From positions 105,368 to 169,367 of the forward strand of contig JBBDQU010000005.1 in NCBI GenBank assembly GCA_040905865.1: a stretch of 64,000 nucleotides of DNA, given 5' to 3'. Positions 38,832 through 47,455 of the stretch are shown here, one piece after another (within the stretch, counting starts at the first letter, position 1; every line of letters begins with the position of its first letter). A program made the translations under genes and the position numbers. The notes below the pieces were generated by a model, which saw nothing but the letters and a program-made list of their open reading frames with translations, was not told the origin of the DNA and searched no databases. The stretch is from Alphaproteobacteria bacterium. GTDB lineage: Bacteria > Pseudomonadota > Alphaproteobacteria > UBA8366 > GCA-2717185.

Positions 38832-39842
38832 TCAGTCCGCTGCCGCGGCGTCCGTTTCCGCCGAAATCCGCGCCCAGGTTTCCCGCAACCAGGTCGCACA
38901 GGCGACAGAGTGTTCGAACAGCGAGTATTTCGCGCCCATGCCGTAATCCGGCCCGGGAATGAATTCGGTGGAAATCTGGCCGAGCGGGCTGGTTTCGGCG
39001 GTGGCGTGATGGCGCATCAACTTGCGCATCACCTCTTTCCAGGGTTCCAGCTTTTCTTCGGACCAGTCGCTGTGCCACTCGCCGGGGGCGGGCCGGAAGA
39101 AGGGGTACTGGATGCCGCGGCCGATGCGGCCGTCCTCATGCTTGCCCCAGATGTTCTTCGGATTGTTCGGCACGGCGGCGCGGGCGTGGCAGTGCCAGAC
39201 ATAGCCGCGGCTGATCCATTCGTCGCAGACATTGCCGGGCTTGCCAGGATCGAGCACCACCTTGCCGGATTCCACATCGGGGCGCATATCGAGCATGTCC
39301 TGTTCGCCCGGATTGTCGATCTTGAAGATCACATGCGAATGATCCAGCGTCATGCGGTAGGGAATGCCCCGCGCCTCGACCAGTGCGGCGACTTCGCTGA
39401 CCCGTCCGTAATGCTCCGACCACATGTTTACATGCACTTCGAAGCACGGCAGGCAGCCGGCTTTCTCGCCGGTTTCATAGGCGCGCAGATAGGCCTCGGC
39501 AACTTCCTCGTTGCTGATCAGGTGTCCGTCCGCGTGGCGCATGGTGATCTGGGTGTTGTGGACCCGGCTGCCGAGTCGTGCGCCGAGCGCAATATTGGCG
39601 TCGAGCAGGGCTTCGTCCCGGCCCAGCGTATAGAACCAGCCGCCGGCACGGATCGGCAGGTCGTATTTCTCGCTCGCACGACGGTAATCGGCTTCTTCAG
39701 CGGCGGGCGGCGTCTTGTCGTAGTAATCGTAGACGCCGGATTCCTTGACCATGCGGAACCGTGTGTCGAGGTCGAATTCGAACTCGCCGCCCCGGTGGTT
39801 CACGCCCTTTTCGGTGATCCCGAATGCCAGTTTCCGCGCCAT
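38832..39842 (-). CDS. xylose-isomerase-like TIM-barrel protein (sugar phosphate isomerase/epimerase family)
   Basis: 336 aa. The family call is by overall resemblance (..FEVHVNMWSEHYGRVSEV..MTLDHSHVIF..) and is moderate only. Confidence 0.65.
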   Translation of the reverse strand: MARKLAFGITEKGVNHRGGEFEFDLDTRFRMVKESGVYDYYDKTPPAAEEADYRRASEKYDLPIRAGGWFYTLGRDEALLDANIALGARLGSRVHNTQITMRHADGHLISNEEVAEAYLRAYETGEKAGCLPCFEVHVNMWSEHYGRVSEVAALVEARGIPYRMTLDHSHVIFKIDNPGEQDMLDMRPDVESGKVVLDPGKPGNVCDEWISRGYVWHCHARAAVPNNPKNIWGKHEDGRIGRGIQYPFFRPAPGEWHSDWSEEKLEPWKEVMRKLMRHHATAETSPLGQISTEFIPGPDYGMGAKYSLFEHSVACATWLRETWARISAETDAAAAD

Positions 39843-40068
39843 AGCCTGTCTCCCCGTCTGTGTCCGGGGATAAGCCTAGCAGAATGCGGCGGCGGCAGGG
39901 TAGGGTCGACGGATCATTGTGGCGGTCGGGAACAGGTGTTTCAAATGGAACGGCGCAAAATCGGGTTGTGCGGTTCTGCCGCGCCCGTTACGGTTCCCAG
40001 TCTGTCGGCGAAGGTGCATGCAATGGTCCGATAAATATTTGAATATCAATGACGTAGGGGACATTTTC

Positions 40069-41868
40069 ATGACGGACAGCAATGAGCTCAATGGCGGCCA
40101 GGTTATCATCGATTATCTGATCCGCGAGGATGTGCCCTATGTCTTCGGGCTTTGCGGGCACGGCAATATCGGGCTGATTGATGCGATGTACGAGCGGTCG
40201 GACGATATCAAGACTATCTCCGTCCATCATGAAAGCGTCTCCGGCTTCATGGCCGATGTCTATTACCGCGTCTCCGGCCAGGCGACCGCGACCTTCACCT
40301 CCTGCGGTCCCGGCTCGGCGAATATGCCGATCTGCCTCGCCAATGCCTTCTTCGATTCCGTGCCGTTCCTGGCGATCACCGGCAATGTGCCGACCAGCCA
40401 GTTCAACCGGGGCGCCTTCCAGGAAACCTACCGCCATTATCAGGCCGATTTTCCGTCCACCGTGCAGGCCTATTGCAAACGCGTCTACCAGCCGACCCGC
40501 GGCGAACAGGTGCCGCTGATGGTGCGGCAGGCCTGGAAGACGATGGTCACGGGCCGGCCCGGCCCGGTGGTGCTGGACGTGCCTTTCGATATCTTCAAGG
40601 AATCCGCCGCGGAAACCCCGGATCCGAAGGAATGGAGCGCGAATATCTCCTGCCGCTGCGGCGCCGATCCCGAAGGCGTCGAGAAAGCGGTCGATATGCT
40701 GCTGTCCGCCGAGAAGCCGGTGATCGTCGTGGGGCAGGGGGTGCGCTATGGCGGCGCCGCCGAGGAACTGAAGGCGCTGGCCGAACGGCTGCAGATTCCG
40801 GTGGCGTCCTCGGCGAGCGGCCTTGGCGCCCTGCCGGTCGAGCACCCGCTGTCGCTGGGCCTCGTACAGCGCGGCGGCACCTATCAGGCGAACCATTCCT
40901 GCCGTCAGGCCGATGTGCTGCTGGCGCTTGGCGTGCGCTTCGATGACCGGACGTCCAGTTCGTGGATACCGGGCTATTCCTTCACAATCCCGCCCTCCAA
41001 ACTGATCCATGTGGATATCGATCCGGAGGAAATCGGCCGCAACTATCCGGTCACCCTGGGGCTGATGGCGGATGTGCGCACCTTCCTGCGCCAGATTCTG
41101 GGCGAACTCGATCGGCGCGGATATTCCGGGGGACCGACTCCGGTGAGCCGGAAATGGCTGGCGGAGATCGATACCTACCGCGCCAAATGGGACGCCTTTA
41201 TTGCGCCGGGCTTCACCGATGATTCATCGCCCATCAATCCGCAGCGCGCGGCCGTGGAAATCGACAAGGCGCTGCCGGAAGACGCGATCCTGGTCAGCGA
41301 TATCGGTGTGCATCACAACTGGCTGCTGCAGTTCTGCAAACCGACCCGGCCGGATTCGCTGATCGGCTCCATGGGCTTTGGCCCGATGGGATTTGGCGTC
41401 GCCGGCGTGCTGGGCGCCAAACTGGCCGCGCCCGACCGGCCCGCCGTTTCGGTCTGTGGCGATGGCGCGTTCTTCATGCATGCGAACGTGCTCGGCACGG
41501 CGGTTGAGTACAATATCCCGGCCGTCTGGGTGGTCTGGAACAATTACGCCTATGGGTCGATCCGGGGGCTGCAGCGCGGCTATCTGGAAAGCCGCGAACT
41601 GGCGACCGATTTCCACCACCCGGAAACCGGCAAGCCCTACAATCCGGACTTTGCCGCCATGGCGCGGTCGGCGGGGGTCGAGGGCGTCAGCATCGACCGG
41701 GCGGGCGATCTGGGCGATGCGATCCAGGCCGCGATTGCCGCCAACAAACCCTTTCTGATCGACGCCAATATTAGCGGCGACCTGAATCCGCCGGGCGCGG
41801 GTGTGTGGGAACTGCCGGGGCTGGGCGTCAACAGGCCGGCGATCGGCGAGCGCTTCGTGCCGAAATAG
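40069..41868 (+). CDS. thiamine-diphosphate-binding enzyme of the acetolactate-synthase/IolD-like superfamily
   Basis: I prefer the start at ATG 40069 (MTDSNELNGGQVIIDYLIREDVPYVFGLCGHGNIG..). C-terminal TPP motif VCGDGAFFMHANVLGTAVEYNIPAVWVVWNN. Confidence 0.85.
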   Translation: MTDSNELNGGQVIIDYLIREDVPYVFGLCGHGNIGLIDAMYERSDDIKTISVHHESVSGFMADVYYRVSGQATATFTSCGPGSANMPICLANAFFDSVPFLAITGNVPTSQFNRGAFQETYRHYQADFPSTVQAYCKRVYQPTRGEQVPLMVRQAWKTMVTGRPGPVVLDVPFDIFKESAAETPDPKEWSANISCRCGADPEGVEKAVDMLLSAEKPVIVVGQGVRYGGAAEELKALAERLQIPVASSASGLGALPVEHPLSLGLVQRGGTYQANHSCRQADVLLALGVRFDDRTSSSWIPGYSFTIPPSKLIHVDIDPEEIGRNYPVTLGLMADVRTFLRQILGELDRRGYSGGPTPVSRKWLAEIDTYRAKWDAFIAPGFTDDSSPINPQRAAVEIDKALPEDAILVSDIGVHHNWLLQFCKPTRPDSLIGSMGFGPMGFGVAGVLGAKLAAPDRPAVSVCGDGAFFMHANVLGTAVEYNIPAVWVVWNNYAYGSIRGLQRGYLESRELATDFHHPETGKPYNPDFAAMARSAGVEGVSIDRAGDLGDAIQAAIAANKPFLIDANISGDLNPPGAGVWELPGLGVNRPAIGERFVPK

Positions 41869-41962
41869 CGCCGCTCCTGGTGCAAGCCGGCCGGATAATT
41901 TGACATCGGGACGGTGCGGGTTTTCTATTCGGATCACCGCAGTCGGCGAGGAAGAAGAGGCC

Positions 41963-42745
41963 ATGACCGTTCATCTGGTAACCAGGGGAAAATCCGTTCG
42001 CGATCAGGTCAGTCCGGAAGAATGGCAGGCGCGCGTAGAGCTGGCCGCCGGGCACCGGGTGCTGGCGCATTACGGCGTCAACGACATGACCTACAACCAT
42101 TTCGGACTGCGCGTGCCGGGCGAACCGGATCATATGCTGATCAAGCGCACGGACTGGATGTTTGCCGAAATCACCGCCTCGTCCTTCCTGAAGGTCGATT
42201 TCGCCGGCAATGTCATCCTCGATACCGATGTGAAACAGATCAAGGGCGGGGCGCTGATCATCCACGCGGGTCTGTTGAAGGCGCGACCGGACCTGAACGC
42301 GACTCTGCACACCCACACCATTGCCGGGATGGGCGTGGCCGCGCATAAATTCGGTCTGCTGCCGATCAACCAGCATGCGATGCGGTTCTGGGGTGAGTTG
42401 AAATACCACGAATTCGAAGGCTTCGAGTTCGACCACGACATGACGCCGAAACTGCTGCGCGATCTGGAAGGCGGCAGCCTGATGATGCTGCGCAACCACG
42501 GTGTGCTGGTCTGCGGCGAAAGCGTCGCCGAATGCGTCGTCAACCATCACTGGCTGGAAATGGCATGTCAGGGGCAGATCGCGGCCCTGTCGGCGGGCGA
42601 GGGCAATTACCTGGTGCCGGACAAGGCTGCCTGCGACTACGCCCACAGCCAGTTCAGGGACGGCGGCAATTTTCTGAAGGGGGGCAAGGACTGGGCCGCC
42701 TGCCTGCGGCTCGCCGAGCGCCTCGACCCCTCGTTCAAGGACTGA
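41963..42745 (+). CDS. class II aldolase/adducin family protein
   Basis: Start at ATG 41963 (MTVHLVTRGK..). ..ATLHTHTIAGMGVAA..LRNHGVLVCGESV... Confidence 0.8.
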   Translation: MTVHLVTRGKSVRDQVSPEEWQARVELAAGHRVLAHYGVNDMTYNHFGLRVPGEPDHMLIKRTDWMFAEITASSFLKVDFAGNVILDTDVKQIKGGALIIHAGLLKARPDLNATLHTHTIAGMGVAAHKFGLLPINQHAMRFWGELKYHEFEGFEFDHDMTPKLLRDLEGGSLMMLRNHGVLVCGESVAECVVNHHWLEMACQGQIAALSAGEGNYLVPDKAACDYAHSQFRDGGNFLKGGKDWAACLRLAERLDPSFKD

Positions 42746-42760
42746 CCCGGAGCGAACGCC

Positions 42761-44101
42761 ATGCGATTTGACGATGCCGCGCGGTATGTCATCGACGATC
42801 CGGACAGCGGGACCTTCAAGGTCCATCGGGACGTTTTCGGCGACGCGGCCCTGTTCGATCTGGAAATACGCCGGATATTCGAGGGCGGCTGGGTCTATGT
42901 CTGCCTGGAAAACCAGATCCCGGAACCGAACGATTTTTTCTGCACGAAAATCGGGCGCCGCTCCATCATCGTGTCCCGCGACGAGGATGGCGTGCTGCAC
43001 TGTTTCTACAATACCTGCCGCCACCGGGGCGCCGCGATCTGCCATGTGGAGCGCGGCAACAAGAAGTACCATGTCTGCGACTATCACGGCTGGGCCTATG
43101 ATTCCTCTGGGAAGAACTTCGACATCAAGGACCGCAAGGCGGGCGGCTATGCCAAATCTTTCGACGCCTGCGACCATGACCTGTTGCCCGTGGCGCGGTT
43201 CGACAGCTATGCGGGACTGCTGTTCGTCAGCCTGAATCCGAACGTGCCGTCACTGTCCGACTATCTGGGCGAGGCAAAACAGTTCCTTGATCTGGTCATG
43301 GACCAGGGTCGCGACGGGATGGAACTGGTGCCCGGCCGCACCAACTACACCTATGCCGGAAACTGGAAGCTGCAGCTCGACAACAGCCTCGATTTCTATC
43401 ACCTGACGTCGACCCATCGCAGCTTCGTCAATATCGTGAACCAGCGTGAAGCGGGCAAAAGCGCCAACCGGCAGGTGACCTCGCCGAATTTCCAGCGCCG
43501 TTTCGCCATGCCGGCCGGCATGTTCAACCTGGGCAACGGCCATGCGGTGATGTGGGCGGACCAGCCCAACCCGGAGACCCAGCCGCTCTGGGGCGAGATC
43601 GAGGAAGTGACGGCACGGGTCGGGGAGGTCCGGGCGAAATGGATGGTGCGGGCGCGCAATCTGACGATTTTCCCGAACCTGCAGATCGCGGATTCGACCT
43701 CGCTGGTGCTGCGCACGATCACCCCGCTCGCCGTCGACAAGACCGAGATGGTGATGTACAGCCTCGCGCCCGTCGGGGAGGCGGATGACCTGCGTTACAC
43801 CCGGATCCGGCAGCACGAGGATTTCTTCAATGTCTCCGGACTGGCGACGCCGGACGACACGATCGTGTATGAGGACTGTCAGGCCGGGTTTGTCAGCGCC
43901 GATGACGACTGGCTGCAATGCTTCGAACGCGGCATCACCGCCCTGCAACCCGGCGCCAACGAACACGCGCGGGAACTGGGCATTTCGCCGGTCGCCAGCA
44001 TGGTGGGTAAATACGCCATGCAGAACGAGGTGAGTTACCATTCCGCCTATCAGGAATGGGTGAAGCGGCTGTCCGGCGCCTTGCCGCTCGCCGCGGAGTG
44101 A
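42761..44101 (+). CDS. Rieske non-haem-iron oxygenase, alpha subunit
   Basis: Rieske motif CRHRGAAICH...CDYHGWAY. Mononuclear-iron motif DNSLDFYHLTSTH. Confidence 0.9.
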   Translation: MRFDDAARYVIDDPDSGTFKVHRDVFGDAALFDLEIRRIFEGGWVYVCLENQIPEPNDFFCTKIGRRSIIVSRDEDGVLHCFYNTCRHRGAAICHVERGNKKYHVCDYHGWAYDSSGKNFDIKDRKAGGYAKSFDACDHDLLPVARFDSYAGLLFVSLNPNVPSLSDYLGEAKQFLDLVMDQGRDGMELVPGRTNYTYAGNWKLQLDNSLDFYHLTSTHRSFVNIVNQREAGKSANRQVTSPNFQRRFAMPAGMFNLGNGHAVMWADQPNPETQPLWGEIEEVTARVGEVRAKWMVRARNLTIFPNLQIADSTSLVLRTITPLAVDKTEMVMYSLAPVGEADDLRYTRIRQHEDFFNVSGLATPDDTIVYEDCQAGFVSADDDWLQCFERGITALQPGANEHARELGISPVASMVGKYAMQNEVSYHSAYQEWVKRLSGALPLAAE

Positions 44102-44115
44102 CGGTTTTGGACCAG

Positions 44116-44610
44116 ATGGACCTGCTGCGCGCGGGCGCGGACCTGCTGGCGCGCGAGGCGCTGTATCTCGATGAGCGGCGCTGGGATGAATGGATCGCGC
44201 TGTACTGCGAGGATTGCGAGTTCTGGGCGCCAAGCTGGCTTAGCGAGGATACGCTTTCCGCCGACCCGGACCGGGAAATCTCGATGTTCTATTTCAGGGC
44301 CCGCGGCGGGCTGGAGGACCGGGTCTGGCGTATCCGGTCGGGGCAGGCGGCGGCGCTGACCCCGATGCCGCGCACATCGCACCAGGTCAGCAACATGGTT
44401 CTGGACGGTGCAGCGACCGGGTGCGCGATGACGGTAAAATCCGCCTTCGCCTGCCATGTCTATATGATCCGCAACAAGACCCAGCATGTCTTCTTCGGAC
44501 GCTACGAGCATGGCCTGGTAAGAATTGACGATGAATGGCGCATCAGGCGCAAGAAGATCACGCTGATGAACGATTTCGTGCCGTCGCTGCTGGATGTTTT
44601 CTGCGTCTGA
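44116..44610 (+). CDS. aromatic-ring-hydroxylating oxygenase beta subunit (SnoaL/NTF2-like)
   Basis: ..LLAREALYLDERRWDEWIALYCEDCEFWAP.. is typical of beta subunits. The alternative GTG start at 44098 would overlap the alpha stop as GTGA. Confidence 0.85.
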   Translation: MDLLRAGADLLAREALYLDERRWDEWIALYCEDCEFWAPSWLSEDTLSADPDREISMFYFRARGGLEDRVWRIRSGQAAALTPMPRTSHQVSNMVLDGAATGCAMTVKSAFACHVYMIRNKTQHVFFGRYEHGLVRIDDEWRIRRKKITLMNDFVPSLLDVFCV

Positions 44611-44638
44611 TACTTCTGTTATATGAACGTTATGGAAT

Positions 44639-45613
44639 ATGTTGTTGAAAGGATTCCGCATGACCGCATTGGATGATGCGCTGGATTTTGCCGCCGAGCA
44701 TGATACGCCGATCCCCTATCGGCAGCGGATCAGGGACTATTACCTGGCGCTGGGTTACGAAAAACCATACCGCTGGGCGAACTATGTCGATGTGCCGTTC
44801 ACGCCGCTGAAGAAGCCGCTGTCGGAATCGACCGTGGCCCTGGTGACGACGTCAGCGCCGTACCAGCCGGACAAGGGCGATCAGGGACCGGGCGCGGCCT
44901 ACAATTCCGCCGCCAAGTTCTATCGGGTCTATACCGACACGACGGATCATGTGCCGGATCAGCGGATTTCCCATATCGGCTATGACCGACTGCACACCAC
45001 TGCAGAAGACATGAACAGCTGGTTTCCGTTGGCGGCGCTGCACGATGCGGCGGCGGCCGGACGGATCGGCGCGGTGTCGAAGCGCTTCTACGGGGCGCCG
45101 ACCAACCGCAGCCAGAAGACAACGGTCGAACAGGACTGCGTCGAACTGCTGGAACGGATACGCGAGGACGGGGCCGATACGGCCGTCATTGTCGCTACCT
45201 GACCGGTGTGCCACCAGACCGTGAGTCTGGTTGCCCGCTACCTCGAAGAACACGGCATTCCCACCGTCATCATGGGCTGCGCCAAGGATATCGTCGAATT
45301 TGTCGGCGTGCCGCGTTTTCTGTTCAGCGACTTTCCGCTGGGCAATGCGGCGGGCAAGCCGAACGATCCGGCATCGCAGGCCGCGACGCTGGAACTGGCG
45401 CTGAAGGTGCTGGAGACCGCGCCCGGGCCGCGTACGACGGTTCAGTCGCCGCAGCGCTGGAGCAACGATCCGGACTGGAAGCTGGATTTCAGTAATCTGG
45501 AACGGATATCGCCCGAGGAACTTGAAAAGCGCCGCCGGGCGTTCGACGAACAGAAGGAAATCGCCCGCAGGAAACGGGAAGCCGAAGGCATCGGGAGCAA
45601 CGCAGCGGAGTAA
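44639..45613 (+). CDS. GrdB-family (glycine/sarcosine/betaine reductase component B-like) protein, probable selenoprotein with Sec encoded by TGA 45200-45202
   Basis: Track ORFs 44639-45202 and 45206-45613 are in the same frame and are separated only by TGA plus CCG. Read-through gives a 324-aa protein with ..GADTAVIVAT-U-PVCHQTVSLVARYLEEHGIPTVIMGC... There is no SD before the GTG at 45206. A hairpin follows the TGA (next feature). Confidence 0.7.
45210..45234 (+). other. putative bacterial SECIS-like hairpin
   Basis: It starts 8 nt after the UGA. Pairs 45213-45219 (ACCAGAC) with 45225-45231 (GTCTGGT), plus two outer pairs across one mismatch. The 5-nt apical loop CGUGA contains G-U and lies 18-22 nt after the UGA. 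Confidence 0.55.
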
Positions 45614-45623
45614 CCGGGTACCC

Positions 45624-46817
45624 ATGAGCAAACCATTCTCGGGCGTGAGGATCCTGGATTTTACCCAGGTCTTCGCCGGCCCGTTCAGCAGTTTCCAGCT
45701 TGCCCTGTTGGGGGCGGATGTCATCAAGGTCGAACGCCCGGAAGGCGAGGATTCCCGCTTTACCCCGCTCAGCAGGGAATGGGCGGATATGGGCATGGCG
45801 CCATCCTGGATGGCGGTCAACGCCAACAAGCGCAACCTGACCCTCGATCTGAAGCACCCGACAGCGGTGGAAATCGTCAAGCGGCTGGTCGCGGATGCCG
45901 ATGTGGTGATGGAAAATTTCCGCCCCGGCGTCATGGACCGGCTCGGTATCGGCTATGACGACCTGTCGAAGATCAATCCGCGGCTGATCTATTGCGGCGT
46001 CTCCGGATTTGGACGGGAAGGGCCGCAGAAAAACGCGCCCTCCTATGACGGCAAGATTCAGGCGCTCAGCGGCGTCATGTCGATTACCGGGCATGAAGGG
46101 GACGGGCCGCTGCGCGCGGGCTTCGCGGTCTGCGATGCGCTGACGGGCATGACGGCGGCCTTTGCCGTTTCCAGCGCGATCTACCAGCGCACCCACACGG
46201 GCAAGGGGCAGCTGGTCGATGTGGCGATGTTCGATTCAACGCTCAGCTTCCTGTCGCCGACGGTGGTCGATTACACGGTCGCGGGGCACCGGCAGCGCCA
46301 GTTCGGCAATCAGGCGATCAGCCGCAAGCCCACGGCCAACCTGTTCCGGGTGAAAAACGGGTACCTGCTGCTGGCTGTGAACAATGAGGGCCAGTACATC
46401 AAACTGGCCAACACCCTGAAACGGCCGGAACTTTATGAGGACGCGCGCTTCCGGGACTGGCCGTCACGGATCGAGAACGAGCCGGCCATGCGGGAAATCA
46501 TCGAGGACGCGCTGAGCGAGAACGACGCCCAGACCTGGGAGAAAATCCTGGAGGAGGGCGGCGCCCCCTGCGCCAGCGTCCGCACCATCGACGAAGCCGT
46601 CGCGCATCCGCAACTGGAATACCGCGACGTGCTCCAGACGGTCGACGGGCCGAAGGGGCCGATGACGATGATCGGGTCGGGCTTCAAGATGGCGCATGGC
46701 GGCGGCAGCATCGACCGCCCGCCGCCGACCATCGGCCAGCACACGGATGAAATTCTCGCCGACGCCGGCTACAGCGCCGAAGAGATCGCGAAGTTCCGCG
46801 CGGACAAGGTGCTGTAG
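45624..46817 (+). CDS. family III CoA-transferase (CaiB/BaiF)
   Basis: Start at ATG 45624. MSKPFSGVRILDFTQVFAGPFSSFQLALLGADVIKVERP is the classic N-terminus of this family. Confidence 0.9.
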   Translation: MSKPFSGVRILDFTQVFAGPFSSFQLALLGADVIKVERPEGEDSRFTPLSREWADMGMAPSWMAVNANKRNLTLDLKHPTAVEIVKRLVADADVVMENFRPGVMDRLGIGYDDLSKINPRLIYCGVSGFGREGPQKNAPSYDGKIQALSGVMSITGHEGDGPLRAGFAVCDALTGMTAAFAVSSAIYQRTHTGKGQLVDVAMFDSTLSFLSPTVVDYTVAGHRQRQFGNQAISRKPTANLFRVKNGYLLLAVNNEGQYIKLANTLKRPELYEDARFRDWPSRIENEPAMREIIEDALSENDAQTWEKILEEGGAPCASVRTIDEAVAHPQLEYRDVLQTVDGPKGPMTMIGSGFKMAHGGGSIDRPPPTIGQHTDEILADAGYSAEEIAKFRADKVL

Positions 46818-46882
46818 GGCTCGGGGCGGAAATTGTTGGCAAATTTTGTCAAATGGTATTCTCCGGTCAAGGAGATGGTATT

Positions 46883-47116
46883 ATGGCCACGATGAATGTT
46901 TCCCTGCCCGACCCGATGAAGCTGTGGGTGGAAGCGCAGGCGCAGACCGGACGCTACAGCAATGCGAGCGACTATGTCCGCGATCTGATCCGCCGGGACC
47001 AGGAACGCGCGGCGCAGATAGCACAGCTACAGTCCCTGATTACCGAAGGGCTGGAAAGTGGCGTCGCGGAGGATTTCAGCATGGAGGCGATCCAGGCGGA
47101 ACTCGATAGCGTCTAA
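46883..47116 (+). CDS. parD: type II antitoxin, ParD family
   Basis: The ATG at 46883 has AAGGAGA upstream. MATMNVSLPDPMKLWVEAQAQTGRYSNASDYVRDLIRRDQER (RHH/ParD pattern). Confidence 0.85.
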   Translation: MATMNVSLPDPMKLWVEAQAQTGRYSNASDYVRDLIRRDQERAAQIAQLQSLITEGLESGVAEDFSMEAIQAELDSV

Positions 47117-47413
47117 TGTCCGAGTTTCGTGTCAGCAGGCAGGCGCGAGACGATATCCGCGAAATCGGTCGTTATACGCAGGCGCTGTGGGGACGCGTGC
47201 AGCGCCGTATTTATCTATCCAACATGGAAATGCTGTTCCGGAATCTGGCCGGGAATCCGGAGATCGCCCCGGAGCGCCATGAGTTCGATCCACCTGTCCG
47301 GCTATGTCGGTATGGCAACCACCTGATCGTATATCGCTCAGAAAATGACCCGAATTCTGATCGTCAGGGTCCTGCACGAGCGGATGGATATTTCAGCGAT
47401 TCTTGGTGGCTAA
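47116..47413 (+). pseudogene. parE: ParE-family toxin gene with a +1 frameshift in a CCC run (47349-47351)
   Basis: The N-terminal 78 codons look like ParE (..RQARDDIREIGRYTQALWG...GNHLIVYRSEND). The expected C-terminus RILIVRVLHERMDISAILGG* is encoded in the +1 frame from 47351 to TAA 47411-47413. The frame in the track runs on to an unrelated tail. Confidence 0.75.
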
Positions 47414-47455
47414 GCGCGCCTTGGAAGATTTGAACCGGTCTGATCGTCCAGACCG

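Noticed and set aside
41828-43177. Long ORFs antisense to or out of frame with confident genes. Examples: 661-1521(-), 8897-10189(+), 29058-30248(+), 32903-34249(+), 37183-38400(-), 38910-40034(+), 39988-41010(-), 41828-43177(-), 43250-44233(-), 44852-45934(-), 62867-63982(-).
   Set aside because: Their products are Arg/Ala/Gly/Pro-rich and low-complexity, with no recognisable motifs. Each lies opposite a gene with strong family signatures. These are typical shadow ORFs of GC-rich DNA.
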